Source of the DNA: Eledone cirrhosa
Taxonomy: Eukaryota
Direction of reading: 5' to 3'
Assembly: GCA_964016885.1 (NCBI GenBank)
Contig: OZ024743.1
Coordinates: forward strand, 233,740,001-233,804,000
Length of the DNA: 64,000 nucleotides
Both the position numbers and the translations under genes were made by a program. Positions 11,601 to 26,539 of the stretch are shown here, piece by piece. Numbering within the stretch: position 1 is the stretch's first letter; the number at the start of each line of letters is the position of its first letter. The notes below the pieces were generated by a model. It made no database searches. It was not told the DNA's origin and saw only the letters and a list, made by a program, of their open reading frames with translations.

Positions 11601-13146
11601 ATTACAGATCGATCCGACCACGGGCGGTCGGTTTGCGATTGAAAAGGTAACTCCGCCGGCAAATCGTCATTTTTGGATTCGTTTTCTTCGAAGCACACCA
11701 TTCGCCGGCTGACTTTGTTGACGTTTAACACGGTTTGGTTCCACAGCCACAACTATTGATTTTAAGGAGATATCTTGCTGAAATTCACGCCACACATAGC
11801 CAATGAGTGTCTGCACAGGTACCAGTAATTACAGATCGATCCGACCACGGGCGGCCGGTTTGCGATTGAAAAGGTAACTCCGCCGGCAAATCGTCATTTT
11901 TGGATTCGTTTTCTTCGAAGCACACCATTCGCCGGCTGACTTTGTTGACGTTTAACACGGTTTGGTTCCACAGCCACAACTATTGATTTTAAGGAGATAT
12001 CTTGCTGAAATTCACGCCACACATAGCCAATGAGTGTCTGCACAGGTACCAGTAATTACAGATCGATCCGACCACGGGCGGCCGGCCCGCGATTGAAAAG
12101 GTAACTCCGCCGGCAAATCGTCATTTTTGGATTCGTTTTCTTCGAAGCACACCATTCGCCGGCGGACTTTGTTGACGTTTAACACGGTTTGGTTCCACAG
12201 CCACAACTATTGATTTTACGGAGATATCTTGCTGAAATTCACGCCACACATAGCCAATGAGTGTCTGCACATGTACCAGTAATTACAGATCGATCCGACC
12301 ACGGGCGGCCGGCCCGCGATTGGAAAGGTAACTCCGCCGGCAAATCGTCATTTTTGGATTCGTTTTCTTCGAAGCACACCATTCGCCGGCGGACTTTGTT
12401 GACGTTTAACACGGTTTGGTTCCACAGCCACAACTATTGATTTTACGGAGATATCTTGCTGAAATTCACGCCACACATAGCCAATGAGTGTCTGCACATG
12501 TATCAGTAATTACAGATCGATCCGACCACGGGCGGCCGGCCCGCGATTGAAAAGGTAACTCCGCCGGCAAATCGTCATTTTTGGATTCGTTTTCTTCGAA
12601 GCACACCATTCGCCGGCGGACTTTGTTGACGTTTAACACGGTTTGGTTCCACAGCCACAACTATTGATTTTACGGAGATATCTTGCTGAAATTCACGCCA
12701 CACATAGCCAATGAGTGTCCGCACATGTACCAGTAATTACAGATCGATCCGACCACGGGCGGTCGGTTTGCGATTGAAAAGGTAACTCCGCCGGCAAATC
12801 GTCATTTTTGGATTCGTTTTCTTCGAAGCACACCATTCGCCGGCTGACTTTGTTGACGTTTAACACGGTTTGGTTCCACAGCCACAACTATTGATTTTAC
12901 GGAGATATCTTGCTGAAATTCACGCCACACATAGCCAATGAGTGTCTGCACATGTACCAGTAATTACAGATCGATCCGACCACGGGCGGTCGGTTTGCGA
13001 TTGAAAAGGTAACTCCGCCGGCAAATCGTCATTTTTGGATTCGTTTTCTTCGAAGCACACCATTCGCCGGCTGACTTTGTTGACGTTTAACACGGTTTGG
13101 TTCCACAGCCACAACTATTGATTTTAAGGAGATATCTTGCTGAAAT
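6791..13146. repeat. Higher-order repeat: 14-monomer unit (3,178 bp) x2, overlapping the 18-mer
   Basis: Order A A A A D C A B T A A D B B at 6791-9968 and 9969-13146. T monomers at 8607 and 11785, and gtccgc-marked B monomers at 9515 and 12693, are each 3,178 bp apart. Confidence 0.9.
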
Positions 13147-16100
13147 TCACGCCACACATAGCCAATGAGTGTCTGCACAGGTACCAGTAATTACAGATCG
13201 ATCCGACCACGGGCGGCCGGCCCGCGATTGAAAAGGTAACTCCGCCGGCAAATCGTCATTTTTGGATTCGTTTTCTTCGAAGCACACCATTCGCCGGCGG
13301 ACTTTGTTGACGTTTAACACGGTTTGGTTCCACAGCCACAACTATTGATTTTACGGAGATATCTTGCTGAAATTCACGCCACACATAGCCAATGAGTGTC
13401 TGCACATGTACCAGTAATTACAGATCGATCCGACCACGGGCGGCCGGCCCGCGATTGGAAAGGTAACTCCGCCGGCAAATCGTCATTTTTGGATTCGTTT
13501 TCTTCGAAGCACACCATTCGCCGGCGGACTTTGTTGACGTTTAACACGGTTTGGTTCCACAGCCACAACTATTGATTTTACGGAGATATCTTGCTGAAAT
13601 TCACGCCACACATAGCCAATGAGTGTCTGCACATGTATCAGTAATTACAGATCGATCCGACCACGGGCGGCCGGCCCGCGATTGAAAAGGTAACTCCGCC
13701 GGCAAATCGTCATTTTTGGATTCGTTTTCTTCGAAGCACACCATTCGCCGGCGGACTTTGTTGACGTTTAACACGGTTTGGTTCCACAGCCACAACTATT
13801 GATTTTACGGAGATATCTTGCTGAAATTCACGCCACACATAGCCAATGAGTGTCTGCACATGTACAAGTAATTACAGATCGATCCGACCACGGGCGGCCG
13901 GCCCGCGATTGAAAAGGTAACTCCGCCGGCAAATCGTCATTTTTGGATTCGTTTTCTTCGAAGCACACCATTCGCCGGCGGACTTTGTTGACGTTTAACA
14001 CGGTTTGGTTCCACAGCCACAACTATTGATTTTACGGAGATATCTTGCTGAAATTCACGCCACACATAGCCAATGAGTGTCTGCACATGTACCAGTAATT
14101 ACAGATCGATCCGACCACGGGCGGCCGGCCCGCGATTGAAAAGGTAACTCCGCCGGCAAATCGTCATTTTTGGATTCGTTTTCTTCGAAGCACACCATTC
14201 GCCGGCGGACTTTGTTGACGTTTAACACGGTTTGGTTCCACAGCCACAACTATTGATTTTACGGAGATATCTTGCTGAAATTCACGCCACACATAGCCAA
14301 TGAGTGTCTGCACAGGTACCAGTAATTACAGATCGATCCGACCACGGGCGGTCGGTTTGCGATTGAAAAGGTAACTCCGCCGGCAAATCGTCATTTTTGG
14401 ATTCGTTTTCTTCGAAGCACACCATTCGCCGGCTGACTTTGTTGACGTTTAACACGGTTTGGTTCCACAGCCACAACTATTGATTTTAAGGAGATATCTT
14501 GCTGAAATTCACGCCACACATAGCCAATGAGTGTCTGCACAGGTACCAGTAATTACAGATCGATCCGACCACGGGCGGCCGGCCCGCGATTGAAAAGGTA
14601 ACTCCGCCGGCAAATCGTCATTTTTGGATTCGTTTTCTTCGAAGCACACCATTCGCCGGCGGACTTTGTTGACGTTTAACACGGTTTGGTTCCACAGCCA
14701 CAACTATTGATTTTACGGAGATATCTTGCTGAAATTCACGCCACACATAGCCAATGAGTGTCTGCACATGTACCAGTAATTACAGATCGATCCGACCACG
14801 GGCGGCCGGCCCGCGATTGGAAAGGTAACTCCGCCGGCAAATCGTCATTTTTGGATTCGTTTTCTTCGAAGCACACCATTCGCCGGCGGACTTTGTTGAC
14901 GTTTAACACGGTTTGGTTCCACAGCCACAACTATTGATTTTACGGAGATATCTTGCTGAAATTCACGCCACACATAGCCAATGAGTGTCTGCACATGTAT
15001 CAGTAATTACAGATCGATCCGACCACGGGCGGCCGGCCCGCGATTGAAAAGGTAACTCCGCCGGCAAATCGTCATTTTTGGATTCGTTTTCTTCGAAGCA
15101 CACCATTCGCCGGCGGACTTTGTTGACGTTTAACACGGTTTGGTTCCACAGCCACAACTATTGATTTTACGGAGATATCTTGCTGAAATTCACGCCACAC
15201 ATAGCCAATGAGTGTCCGCACATGTACCAGTAATTACAGATCGATCCGACCACGGGCGGTCGGTTTGCGATTGAAAAGGTAACTCCGCCGGCAAATCGTC
15301 ATTTTTGGATTCGTTTTCTTCGAAGCACACCATTCGCCGGCTGACTTTGTTGACGTTTAACACGGTTTGGTTCCACAGCCACAACTATTGATTTTACGGA
15401 GATATCTTGCTGAAATTCACGCCACACATAGCCAATGAGTGTCTGCACATGTACCAGTAATTACAGATCGATCCGACCACGGGCGGTCGGTTTGCGATTG
15501 AAAAGGTAACTCCGCCGGCAAATCGTCATTTTTGGATTCGTTTTCTTCGAAGCACACCATTCGCCGGCGGACTTTGTTGACGTTTAACACGGTTTGGTTC
15601 CACAGCCACAACTATTGATTTTACGGAGATATCTTGCTGAAATTCACGCCACACATAGCCAATGAGTGTCTGCACATGTACAAGTAATTACAGATCGATC
15701 CGACCACGGGCGGCCGGCCCGCGATTGAAAAGGTAACTCCGCCGGCAAATCGTCATTTTTGGATTCGTTTTCTTCGAAGCACACCATTCGCCGGCGGACT
15801 TTGTTGACGTTTAACACGGTTTGGTTCCACAGCCACAACTATTGATTTTACGGAGATATCTTGCTGAAATTCACGCCACACATAGCCAATGAGTGTCTGC
15901 ACATGTACCAGTAATTACAGATCGATCCGACCACGGGCGGCCGGCCCGCGATTGAAAAGGTAACTCCGCCGGCAAATCGTCATTTTTGGATTCGTTTTCT
16001 TCGAAGCACACCATTCGCCGGCGGACTTTGTTGACGTTTAACACGGTTTGGTTCCACAGCCACAACTATTGATTTTACGGAGATATCTTGCTGAAATTCA

Positions 16101-19100
16101 CGCCACACATAGCCAATGAGTCTCTGCACATGTACCATTAATTACAGATCGATCCGACCACGGGCGGTCGGTTTGCGATTGAAAAGGTAACTCCGCCGGC
16201 AAATCGTCATTTTTGGATTCGTTTTCTTCGAAGCACACCATTCGCCGGCTGACTTTGTTGACGTTTAACACGGTTTGGTTCCACAGCCACAACTATTGAT
16301 TTTAAGGAGATATCTTGCTGAAATTCACGCCACACATAGCCAATGAGTGTCTGCACAGGTACCAGTAATTACAGATCGATCCGACCACGGGCGGCCGGCC
16401 CGCGATTGAAAAGGTAACTCCGCCGGCAAATCGTCATTTTTGGATTCGTTTTCTTCGAAGCACACCATTCGCCGGCGGACTTTGTTGACGTTTAACACGG
16501 TTTGATTCCACAGCCACAACTATTGATTTTACGGAGATATCTTCCTGAAATTCACGCCACACATAGCCAATGAGTGTCTGCACATGTACCAGTAATTACA
16601 GATCGATCCGACCACGGGCGGCCGGCCCGCGATTGAAAAGGTAACTCCGCCGGCAAATCGTCATTTTTGGATTCGTTTTCTTCGAAGCACACCATTCGCC
16701 GGCGGACTTTGTTGACGTTTAACACGGTTTGGTTCCACAGCCACAACTATTGATTTTACGGAGATATCTTGCTGAAATTCACGCCACACATAGCCAATGA
16801 GTGTCTGCACATGTACCAGTAATTACAGATCGATCCGACCACGGGCGGCCGGCCCGCGATTGAAAAGGTAACTCCGCCGGCAAATCGTCATTTTTGGATT
16901 CGTTTTCTTCGAAGCACACCATTCGCCGGCGGACTTTGTTGACGTTTAACACGGTTTGGTTCCACAGCCACAACTATTGATTTTACGGAGATATCTTGCT
17001 GAAATTCACGCCACACATAGCCAATGAGTCTCTGCACATGTACCATTAATTACAGATCGATCCGACCACGGGCGGTCGGTTTGCGATTGAAAAGGTAACT
17101 CCGCCGGCAAATCGTCATTTTTGGATTCGTTTTCTTCGAAGCACACCATTCGCCGGCTGACTTTGTTGACGTTTAACACGGTTTGGTTCCACAGCCACAA
17201 CTATTGATTTTAAGGAGATATCTTGCTGAAATTCACGCCACACATAGCCAATGAGTGTCTGCACAGGTACCAGTAATTACAGATCGATCCGACCACGGGC
17301 GGCCGGCCCGCGATTGAAAAGGTAACTCCGCCGGCAAATCGTCATTTTTGGATTCGTTTTCTTCGAAGCACACCATTCGCCGGCGGACTTTGTTGACGTT
17401 TAACACGGTTTGATTCCACAGCCACAACTATTGATTTTACGGAGATATCTTCCTGAAATTCACGCCACACATAGCCAATGAGTGTCTGCACATGTACCAG
17501 TAATTACAGATCGATCCGACCACGGGCGGCCGGCCCGCGATTGAAAAGGTAACTCCGCCGGCAAATCGTCATTTTTGGATTCGTTTTCTTCGAAGCACAC
17601 CATTCGCCGGCGGACTTTGTTGACGTTTAACACGGTTTGGTTCCACAGCCACAACTATTGATTTTACGGAGATATCTTGCTGAAATTCACGCCACACATA
17701 GCCAATGAGTGTCTGCACATGTACCAGTAATTACAGATCGATCCGACCACGGGCGGTCGGTTTGCGATTGAAAAGGTAACTCCGCCGGCAAATCGTCATT
17801 TTTGGATTCGTTTTCTTCGAAGCACACCATTCGCCGGCTGACTTTGTTGACGTTTAACACGGTTTGGTTCCACAGCCACAACTATTGATTTTACGGAGAT
17901 ATCTTGCTGAAATTCACGCCACACATAGCCAATGAGTGTCTGCACATGTACCAGTAATTACAGATCGATCCGACCACGGGCGGCCGGTTTGCGATTGAAA
18001 AGGTAACTCCGCCGGCAAATCGTCATTTTTGGATTCGTTTTCTTCGAAGCACACCATTCGCCGGCTGACTTTGTTGACGTTTAACACGGTTTGGTTCCAC
18101 AGCCACAACTATTGATTTTAAGGAGATATCTTGCTGAAATTCACGCCACACATAGCCAATGAGTGTCTGCACAGGTACCAGTAATTACAGATCGATCCGA
18201 CCACGGGCGGCCGGCCCGCGATTGAAAAGGTAACTCCGCCGGCAAATCGTCATTTTTGGATTCGTTTTCTTCGAAGCACACCATTCGCCGGCGGACTTTG
18301 TTGACGTTTAACACGGTTTGGTTCCACAGCCACAACTATTGATTTTACGGAGATATCTTGCTGAAATTCACGCCACACATAGCCAATGAGTGTCTGCACA
18401 TGTACCAGTAATTACAGATCGATCCGACCACGGGCGGCCGGCCCGCGATTGGAAAGGTAACTCCGCCGGCAAATCGTCATTTTTGGATTCGTTTTCTTCG
18501 AAGCACACCATTCGCCGGCGGACTTTGTTGACGTTTAACACGGTTTGGTTCCACAGCCACAACTATTGATTTTACGGAGATATCTTGCTGAAATTCACGC
18601 CACACATAGCCAATGAGTGTCTGCACATGTATCAGTAATTACAGATCGATCCGACCACGGGCGGCCGGCCCGCGATTGAAAAGGTAACTCCGCCGGCAAA
18701 TCGTCATTTTTGGATTCGTTTTCTTCGAAGCACACCATTCGCCGGCGGACTTTGTTGACGTTTAACACGGTTTGGTTCCACAGCCACAACTATTGATTTT
18801 ACGGAGATATCTTGCTGAAATTCACGCCACACATAGCCAATGAGTGTCCGCACATGTACCAGTAATTACAGATCGATCCGACCACGGGCGGTCGGTTTGC
18901 GATTGAAAAGGTAACTCCGCCGGCAAATCGTCATTTTTGGATTCGTTTTCTTCGAAGCACACCATTCGCCGGCTGACTTTGTTGACGTTTAACACGGTTT
19001 GGTTCCACAGCCACAACTATTGATTTTACGGAGATATCTTGCTGAAATTCACGCCACACATAGCCAATGAGTGTCTGCACATGTACCAGTAATTACAGAT

Positions 19101-21091
19101 CGATCCGACCACGGGCGGTCGGTTTGCGATTGAAAAGGTAACTCCGCCGGCAAATCGTCATTTTTGGATTCGTTTTCTTCGAAGCACACCATTCGCCGGC
19201 GGACTTTGTTGACGTTTAACACGGTTTGGTTCCACAGCCACAACTATTGATTTTACGGAGATATCTTGCTGAAATTCACGCCACACATAGCCAATGAGTG
19301 TCTGCACATGTACCAGTAATTACAGATCGATCCGACCACGGGCGGCCGGCCCGCGATTGAAAAGGTAACTCCGCCGGCAAATCGTCATTTTTGGATTCGT
19401 TTTCTTCGAAGCACACCATTCGCCGGCGGACTTTGTTGACGTTTAACACGGTTTGGTTCCACAGCCACAACTATTGATTTTACGGAGATATCTTGCTGAA
19501 ATTCACGCCACACATAGCCAATGAGTGTCTGCACATGTACCAGTAATTACAGATCGATCCGACCACGGGCGGTCGGTTTGCGATTGAAAAGGTAACTCCG
19601 CCGGCAAATCGTCATTTTTGGATTCGTTTTCTTCGAAGCACACCATTCGCCGGCTGACTTTGTTGACGTTTAACACGGTTTGGTTCCACAGCCACAACTA
19701 TTGATTTTAAGGAGATATCTTGCTGAAATTCACGCCACACATAGCCAATGAGTGTCTGCACAGGTACCAGTAATTACAGATCGATCCGACCACGGGCGGC
19801 CGGTTTGCGATTGAAAAGGTAACTCCGCCGGCAAATCGTCATTTTTGGATTCGTTTTCTTCGAAGCACACCATTCGCCGGCTGACTTTGTTGACGTTTAA
19901 CACGGTTTGGTTCCACAGCCACAACTATTGATTTTAAGGAGATATCTTGCTGAAATTCACGCCACACATAGCCAATGAGTGTCTGCACAGGTACCAGTAA
20001 TTACAGATCGATCCGACCACGGGCGGCCGGCCCGCGATTGAAAAGGTAACTCCGCCGGCAAATCGTCATTTTTGGATTCGTTTTCTTCGAAGCACACCAT
20101 TCGCCGGCGGACTTTGTTGACGTTTAACACGGTTTGGTTCCACAGCCACAACTATTGATTTTACGGAGATATCTTGCTGAAATTCACGCCACACATAGCC
20201 AATGAGTGTCTGCACATGTACCAGTAATTACAGATCGATCCGACCACGGGCGGCCGGCCCGCGATTGGAAAGGTAACTCCGCCGGCAAATCGTCATTTTT
20301 GGATTCGTTTTCTTCGAAGCACACCATTCGCCGGCGGACTTTGTTGACGTTTAACACGGTTTGGTTCCACAGCCACAACTATTGATTTTACGGAGATATC
20401 TTGCTGAAATTCACGCCACACATAGCCAATGAGTGTCTGCACATGTATCAGTAATTACAGATCGATCCGACCACGGGCGGCCGGCCCGCGATTGAAAAGG
20501 TAACTCCGCCGGCAAATCGTCATTTTTGGATTCGTTTTCTTCGAAGCACACCATTCGCCGGCGGACTTTGTTGACGTTTAACACGGTTTGGTTCCACAGC
20601 CACAACTATTGATTTTACGGAGATATCTTGCTGAAATTCACGCCACACATAGCCAATGAGTGTCTGCACATGTACCAGTAATTACAGATCGATCCGACCA
20701 CGGGCGGCCGGCCCGCGATTGAAAAGGTAACTCCGCCGGCAAATCGTCATTTTTGGATTCGTTTTCTTCGAAGCACACCATTCGCCGGCGGACTTTGTTG
20801 ACGTTTAACACGGTTTGGTTCCACAGCCACAACTATTGATTTTACGGAGATATCTTGCTGAAATTCACGCCACACATAGCCAATGAGTGTCTGCACATGT
20901 ACCAGTAATTACAGATCGATCCGACCACGGGCGGTCGGTTTGCGATTGAAAAGGTAACTCCGCCGGCAAATCGTCATTTTTGGATTCGTTTTCTTCGAAG
21001 CACACCATTCGCCGGCTGACTTTGTTGACGTTTAACACGGTTTGGTTCCACAGCCACAACTATTGATTTTAAGGAGATATCTTGCTGAAAT

Positions 21092-24000
21092 TCACGCCAC
21101 ACATAGCCAATGAGTGTCTGCACAGGTACCAGTAATTACAGATCGATCCGACCACGGGCGGCCGGTTTGCGATTGAAAAGGTAACTCCGCCGGCAAATCG
21201 TCATTTTTGGATTCGTTTTCTTCGAAGCACACCATTCGCCGGCTGACTTTGTTGACGTTTAACACGGTTTGGTTCCACAGCCACAACTATTGATTTTAAG
21301 GAGATATCTTGCTGAAATTCACGCCACACATAGCCAATGAGTGTCTGCACAGGTACCAGTAATTACAGATCGATCCGACCACGGGCGGCCGGCCCGCGAT
21401 TGAAAAGGTAACTCCGCCGGCAAATCGTCATTTTTGGATTCGTTTTCTTCGAAGCACACCATTCGCCGGCGGACTTTGTTGACGTTTAACACGGTTTGGT
21501 TCCACAGCCACAACTATTGATTTTACGGAGATATCTTGCTGAAATTCACGCCACACATAGCCAATGAGTGTCTGCACATGTACCAGTAATTACAGATCGA
21601 TCCGACCACGGGCGGCCGGCCCGCGATTGGAAAGGTAACTCCGCCGGCAAATCGTCATTTTTGGATTCGTTTTCTTCGAAGCACACCATTCGCCGGCGGA
21701 CTTTGTTGACGTTTAACACGGTTTGGTTCCACAGCCACAACTATTGATTTTACGGAGATATCTTGCTGAAATTCACGCCACACATAGCCAATGAGTGTCT
21801 GCACATGTATCAGTAATTACAGATCGATCCGACCACGGGCGGCCGGCCCGCGATTGAAAAGGTAACTCCGCCGGCAAATCGTCATTTTTGGATTCGTTTT
21901 CTTCGAAGCACACCATTCGCCGGCGGACTTTGTTGACGTTTAACACGGTTTGGTTCCACAGCCACAACTATTGATTTTACGGAGATATCTTGCTGAAATT
22001 CACGCCACACATAGCCAATGAGTGTCCGCACATGTACCAGTAATTACAGATCGATCCGACCACGGGCGGTCGGTTTGCGATTGAAAAGGTAACTCCGCCG
22101 GCAAATCGTCATTTTTGGATTCGTTTTCTTCGAAGCACACCATTCGCCGGCTGACTTTGTTGACGTTTAACACGGTTTGGTTCCACAGCCACAACTATTG
22201 ATTTTACGGAGATATCTTGCTGAAATTCACGCCACACATAGCCAATGAGTGTCTGCACATGTACCAGTAATTACAGATCGATCCGACCACGGGCGGTCGG
22301 TTTGCGATTGAAAAGGTAACTCCGCCGGCAAATCGTCATTTTTGGATTCGTTTTCTTCGAAGCACACCATTCGCCGGCGGACTTTGTTGACGTTTAACAC
22401 GGTTTGGTTCCACAGCCACAACTATTGATTTTACGGAGATATCTTGCTGAAATTCACGCCACACATAGCCAATGAGTGTCTGCACATGTACAAGTAATTA
22501 CAGATCGATCCGACCACGGGCGGCCGGCCCGCGATTGAAAAGGTAACTCCGCCGGCAAATCGTCATTTTTGGATTCGTTTTCTTCGAAGCACACCATTCG
22601 CCGGCGGACTTTGTTGACGTTTAACACGGTTTGGTTCCACAGCCACAACTATTGATTTTACGGAGATATCTTGCTGAAATTCACGCCACACATAGCCAAT
22701 GAGTGTCTGCACATGTACCAGTAATTACAGATCGATCCGACCACGGGCGGCCGGCCCGCGATTGAAAAGGTAACTCCGCCGGCAAATCGTCATTTTTGGA
22801 TTCGTTTTCTTCGAAGCACACCATTCGCCGGCGGACTTTGTTGACGTTTAACACGGTTTGGTTCCACAGCCACAACTATTGATTTTACGGAGATATCTTG
22901 CTGAAATTCACGCCACACATAGCCAATGAGTCTCTGCACATGTACCATTAATTACAGATCGATCCGACCACGGGCGGTCGGTTTGCGATTGAAAAGGTAA
23001 CTCCGCCGGCAAATCGTCATTTTTGGATTCGTTTTCTTCGAAGCACACCATTCGCCGGCTGACTTTGTTGACGTTTAACACGGTTTGGTTCCACAGCCAC
23101 AACTATTGATTTTAAGGAGATATCTTGCTGAAATTCACGCCACACATAGCCAATGAGTGTCTGCACAGGTACCAGTAATTACAGATCGATCCGACCACGG
23201 GCGGCCGGCCCGCGATTGAAAAGGTAACTCCGCCGGCAAATCGTCATTTTTGGATTCGTTTTCTTCGAAGCACACCATTCGCCGGCGGACTTTGTTGACG
23301 TTTAACACGGTTTGATTCCACAGCCACAACTATTGATTTTACGGAGATATCTTCCTGAAATTCACGCCACACATAGCCAATGAGTGTCTGCACATGTACC
23401 AGTAATTACAGATCGATCCGACCACGGGCGGCCGGCCCGCGATTGAAAAGGTAACTCCGCCGGCAAATCGTCATTTTTGGATTCGTTTTCTTCGAAGCAC
23501 ACCATTCGCCGGCGGACTTTGTTGACGTTTAACACGGTTTGGTTCCACAGCCACAACTATTGATTTTACGGAGATATCTTGCTGAAATTCACGCCACACA
23601 TAGCCAATGAGTGTCTGCACATGTACCAGTAATTACAGATCGATCCGACCACGGGCGGTCGGTTTGCGATTGAAAAGGTAACTCCGCCGGCAAATCGTCA
23701 TTTTTGGATTCGTTTTCTTCGAAGCACACCATTCGCCGGCTGACTTTGTTGACGTTTAACACGGTTTGGTTCCACAGCCACAACTATTGATTTTACGGAG
23801 ATATCTTGCTGAAATTCACGCCACACATAGCCAATGAGTGTCTGCACATGTACCAGTAATTACAGATCGATCCGACCACGGGCGGCCGGTTTGCGATTGA
23901 AAAGGTAACTCCGCCGGCAAATCGTCATTTTTGGATTCGTTTTCTTCGAAGCACACCATTCGCCGGCTGACTTTGTTGACGTTTAACACGGTTTGGTTCC

Positions 24001-26539
24001 ACAGCCACAACTATTGATTTTAAGGAGATATCTTGCTGAAATTCACGCCACACATAGCCAATGAGTGTCTGCACAGGTACCAGTAATTACAGATCGATCC
24101 GACCACGGGCGGCCGGCCCGCGATTGAAAAGGTAACTCCGCCGGCAAATCGTCATTTTTGGATTCGTTTTCTTCGAAGCACACCATTCGCCGGCGGACTT
24201 TGTTGACGTTTAACACGGTTTGGTTCCACAGCCACAACTATTGATTTTACGGAGATATCTTGCTGAAATTCACGCCACACATAGCCAATGAGTGTCTGCA
24301 CATGTACCAGTAATTACAGATCGATCCGACCACGGGCGGCCGGCCCGCGATTGGAAAGGTAACTCCGCCGGCAAATCGTCATTTTTGGATTCGTTTTCTT
24401 CGAAGCACACCATTCGCCGGCGGACTTTGTTGACGTTTAACACGGTTTGGTTCCACAGCCACAACTATTGATTTTACGGAGATATCTTGCTGAAATTCAC
24501 GCCACACATAGCCAATGAGTGTCTGCACATGTATCAGTAATTACAGATCGATCCGACCACGGGCGGCCGGCCCGCGATTGAAAAGGTAACTCCGCCGGCA
24601 AATCGTCATTTTTGGATTCGTTTTCTTCGAAGCACACCATTCGCCGGCGGACTTTGTTGACGTTTAACACGGTTTGGTTCCACAGCCACAACTATTGATT
24701 TTACGGAGATATCTTGCTGAAATTCACGCCACACATAGCCAATGAGTGTCCGCACATGTACCAGTAATTACAGATCGATCCGACCACGGGCGGTCGGTTT
24801 GCGATTGAAAAGGTAACTCCGCCGGCAAATCGTCATTTTTGGATTCGTTTTCTTCGAAGCACACCATTCGCCGGCTGACTTTGTTGACGTTTAACACGGT
24901 TTGGTTCCACAGCCACAACTATTGATTTTACGGAGATATCTTGCTGAAATTCACGCCACACATAGCCAATGAGTGTCTGCACATGTACCAGTAATTACAG
25001 ATCGATCCGACCACGGGCGGTCGGTTTGCGATTGAAAAGGTAACTCCGCCGGCAAATCGTCATTTTTGGATTCGTTTTCTTCGAAGCACACCATTCGCCG
25101 GCGGACTTTGTTGACGTTTAACACGGTTTGGTTCCACAGCCACAACTATTGATTTTACGGAGATATCTTGCTGAAATTCACGCCACACATAGCCAATGAG
25201 TGTCTGCACATGTACAAGTAATTACAGATCGATCCGACCACGGGCGGCCGGCCCGCGATTGAAAAGGTAACTCCGCCGGCAAATCGTCATTTTTGGATTC
25301 GTTTTCTTCGAAGCACACCATTCGCCGGCGGACTTTGTTGACGTTTAACACGGTTTGGTTCCACAGCCACAACTATTGATTTTACGGAGATATCTTGCTG
25401 AAATTCACGCCACACATAGCCAATGAGTGTCTGCACATGTACCAGTAATTACAGATCGATCCGACCACGGGCGGCCGGCCCGCGATTGAAAAGGTAACTC
25501 CGCCGGCAAATCGTCATTTTTGGATTCGTTTTCTTCGAAGCACACCATTCGCCGGCGGACTTTGTTGACGTTTAACACGGTTTGGTTCCACAGCCACAAC
25601 TATTGATTTTACGGAGATATCTTGCTGAAATTCACGCCACACATAGCCAATGAGTCTCTGCACATGTACCATTAATTACAGATCGATCCGACCACGGACG
25701 GTCGGTTTGCGATTGAAAAGGTAACTCCGCCGGCAAATCGTCATTTTTGGATTCGTTTTCTTCGAAGCACACCATTCGCCGGCTGACTTTGTTGACGTTT
25801 AACACGGTTTGGTTCCACAGCCACAACTATTGATTTTAAGGAGATATCTTGCTGAAATTCACGCCACACATAGCCAATGAGTGTCTGCACAGGTACCAGT
25901 AATTACAGATCGATCCGACCACGGGCGGCCGGCCCGCGATTGAAAAGGTAACTCCGCCGGCAAATCGTCATTTTTGGATTCGTTTTCTTCGAAGCACACC
26001 ATTCGCCGGCGGACTTTGTTGACGTTTAACACGGTTTGATTCCACAGCCACAACTATTGATTTTACGGAGATATCTTCCTGAAATTCACGCCACACATAG
26101 CCAATGAGTGTCTGCACATGTACCAGTAATTACAGATCGATCCGACCACGGGCGGCCGGCCCGCGATTGAAAAGGTAACTCCGCCGGCAAATCGTCATTT
26201 TTGGATTCGTTTTCTTCGAAGCACACCATTCGCCGGCGGACTTTGTTGACGTTTAACACGGTTTGGTTCCACAGCCACAACTATTGATTTTACGGAGATA
26301 TCTTGCTGAAATTCACGCCACACATAGCCAATGAGTGTCTGCACATGTACCAGTAATTACAGATCGATCCGACCACGGGCGGTCGGTTTGCGATTGAAAA
26401 GGTAACTCCGCCGGCAAATCGTCATTTTTGGATTCGTTTTCTTCGAAGCACACCATTCGCCGGCTGACTTTGTTGACGTTTAACACGGTTTGGTTCCACA
26501 GCCACAACTATTGATTTTACGGAGATATCTTGCTGAAAT
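21092..26539. repeat. Higher-order repeat: 12-monomer unit (2,724 bp) x2, near-identical copies
   Basis: Order T A A D B B' C A N A A B occurs twice. N monomers at 22908 and 25632 are 2,724 bp apart. The copies differ at a few sites, for example ggacgg at 25698. Confidence 0.87.
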
